Virus record (IMG/VR): IMGVR_UViG_3300020471_000006
Span: 128,001-192,000 of that record
Length of the DNA: 64,000 bases
Direction: 5' to 3' (one strand)
Source: a virus
Lineage: Duplodnaviria > Caudoviricetes
Shown: positions 62,594 through 64,000 of the stretch, piece after piece
How the letters are laid out: every line of letters begins with the position of its first letter
Position numbering within the stretch: the stretch's first letter is position 1
Translations under genes and position numbers: made by a program
Notes under the pieces: generated by a model
The model's input: only the letters and a program-made list of their open reading frames with translations
The model's database searches: none
What the model was told of the DNA's origin: nothing

Positions 62594-64000
62594 AATTCTA
62601 CACTAATGTTGAACAAGCTGGCAATCGCTTGCTAGTGCGTGGTTATGAATCTGGTGTTGCATTCTCATACAGGGTGGCTTATAACCCCACCCTGTATGTT
62701 CCTACAAAAAATTATTCAGAGTGGAGAACACTTGAAGGTGATTGTGTAGAACCACTTCCGTTGGGTTCCATTAAGGAAGCACGTGAGTTTGTTAAAGAAT
62801 ATAAAGATGTACCAGACTTTGATATCTATGGTAATACTAGGTATCTCTATCAGTACATTCTAAATGAGCATCCAGAGGATCAAATAAAATTTGACACGTC
62901 AAAGATACGTGTCTTTAACATAGATATTGAGACAGGTGCTGAGAATGGGTTTCCCGATATCGAATCAGCAGATCAAGAAATATTAGCGATCAGTATTAAG
63001 GACTCTTACACTGGTCGCATTGTTGTCTTTGGGGCAAGACCATTTGACAACAAGCATGATGATGTAGATTACATGCATTTCAGAACAGAAGAGTCCATGT
63101 TGACTGCATTCTTACAGTACTGGAATGAAAATTTTCCTGATGTTATTACGGGCTGGAACGTACAGCTTTTTGATATTCCCTATATCGCTCGCCGTATTGA
63201 TAGGATACTCGGTGAGAGGGCTGCTAAGAGTCTTAGCCCTTGGAAACTTATATCTCGTAGGGAAATCTATATCAGGGGAAGGAAGCAAATCGCTTACGAC
63301 CTACCAGGAATTGCTTGTCTGGATTATCTCCAACTATACAGGAAATTCACTTATACAAACCAAGAAAGCTTTAGGTTGGATCACATCTGTATGGTTGAAC
63401 TTGGAGCGAGAAAGTTAGATCACTCTGAATTTGAAACCTTTAAAGATTTCTATGAGAATGATTGGCAGAAGTTTATTGATTACAACATCCATGACGTTAG
63501 GTTGGTAGATCAACTTGATGACAAGATGAAACTATTAGACCTTGCGTTTACTATGGCATATGATGCTAAGGTAAACTATGAGGATGTATTCTCACAGGTG
63601 AGGATGTGGGATAATTACATCTATTGTGAGTTAAATAAAAGAAAGATTGCTATCCCTCCTAAGAAGGAAGCAACTAAAGATATACAATACGCAGGAGCAT
63701 ATGTCAAAGAACCGAAACCAGGAGGCTATGACTGGATTGTTAATTTTGACCTCAATAGCCTCTATCCTCATCTTATTATGCAATACAATATCTCACCAGA
63801 GACCCTCTGGGAGACTAGACACAGTAGTGCCAGTGTTGAAGGGATCCTAAACAAAGAGATTGAGGTCAACCCTGAGTTTGCTACATGTGCTAATGGAGCA
63901 CAGTACAGAAAGGATGTACAAGGGTTCCTACCATTGATGATGCAGAAGATGTATGACTCTAGAGTCATATTCAAGAAGAAAATGATTGAGGCGAAGAAGC
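62590..64000 (+). CDS. gp43: Family B DNA polymerase gp43, 5' part (runs off the window; absent from ORF track)
   Basis: MKFYTNV, DIET (ExoI), GWNVQLFDIPY (ExoII), YNIHDV (ExoIII), FDLNSLYPH (Pol motif A). Confidence 0.96.
   Translation, partial: MKFYTNVEQAGNRLLVRGYESGVAFSYRVAYNPTLYVPTKNYSEWRTLEGDCVEPLPLGSIKEAREFVKEYKDVPDFDIYGNTRYLYQYILNEHPEDQIKFDTSKIRVFNIDIETGAENGFPDIESADQEILAISIKDSYTGRIVVFGARPFDNKHDDVDYMHFRTEESMLTAFLQYWNENFPDVITGWNVQLFDIPYIARRIDRILGERAAKSLSPWKLISRREIYIRGRKQIAYDLPGIACLDYLQLYRKFTYTNQESFRLDHICMVELGARKLDHSEFETFKDFYENDWQKFIDYNIHDVRLVDQLDDKMKLLDLAFTMAYDAKVNYEDVFSQVRMWDNYIYCELNKRKIAIPPKKEATKDIQYAGAYVKEPKPGGYDWIVNFDLNSLYPHLIMQYNISPETLWETRHSSASVEGILNKEIEVNPEFATCANGAQYRKDVQGFLPLMMQKMYDSRVIFKKKMIEAKK

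Noticed and set aside
63125-63974. Short track ORFs at the right end, suggesting no large gene there
   Set aside because: They are off-frame shadows of gp43, which the track omits because it has no stop within the window.
33436-64000. Introns, inteins or homing endonucleases in core genes
   Set aside because: gp17, gp20, gp23, uvsW, gp46 and the visible part of gp43 are uninterrupted and of normal length; no HNH, GIY-YIG or LAGLIDADG ORF recognised.
1-64000. tRNA, rRNA or CRISPR arrays
   Set aside because: No cloverleaf-compatible intergenic space or regularly spaced direct repeats seen; intergenic gaps are short and explained by promoters and terminators.

Overview
This 64 kb window comes from an AT-rich T4-like myovirus of marine picocyanobacteria (cyanophage). 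The Prochlorococcus/Synechococcus host is inferred from gene content and order. Left to right: (1) 1-13.8 kb holds the 3' end of a giant repetitive virion protein, fibre/spike genes, three tandem ~10%-cysteine glycine-rich adhesin-like paralogs and a fibre-chaperone-like gene. (2) 13.9-22.9 kb is a block behind a late-promoter motif with a GT9 heptosyltransferase-like gene, two carbamoyltransferases, three 2OG-Fe(II) oxygenases and an ADP-heptose-type pathway (split HldE, HAD phosphatase, cupin, inverted HldD). (3) 22.9-45.1 kb holds two more structural proteins, then the T4 core morphogenesis genes gp13-23 and gp3. (4) 45.1-64 kb holds uvsY, uvsW, gp55, pyrE, gp47/46, a VWA/peptidase plus CobS pair, gp45/44, Dam, psbN, gp62, regA, hsp20 and the 5' part of gp43. 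The strongest unexplained signal is in the giant gene. By manual scan, 1415-3611 and 3639-4205 contain no TAA, TAG or TGA trinucleotide in any sense frame, and synonymous codons switch by context to avoid them. The second candidate system is the Cys-rich adhesin triad next to the heptose/carbamoyl/hydroxylation locus, which may decorate the virion. All assignments rest on motif recognition by eye; no database searches were run.
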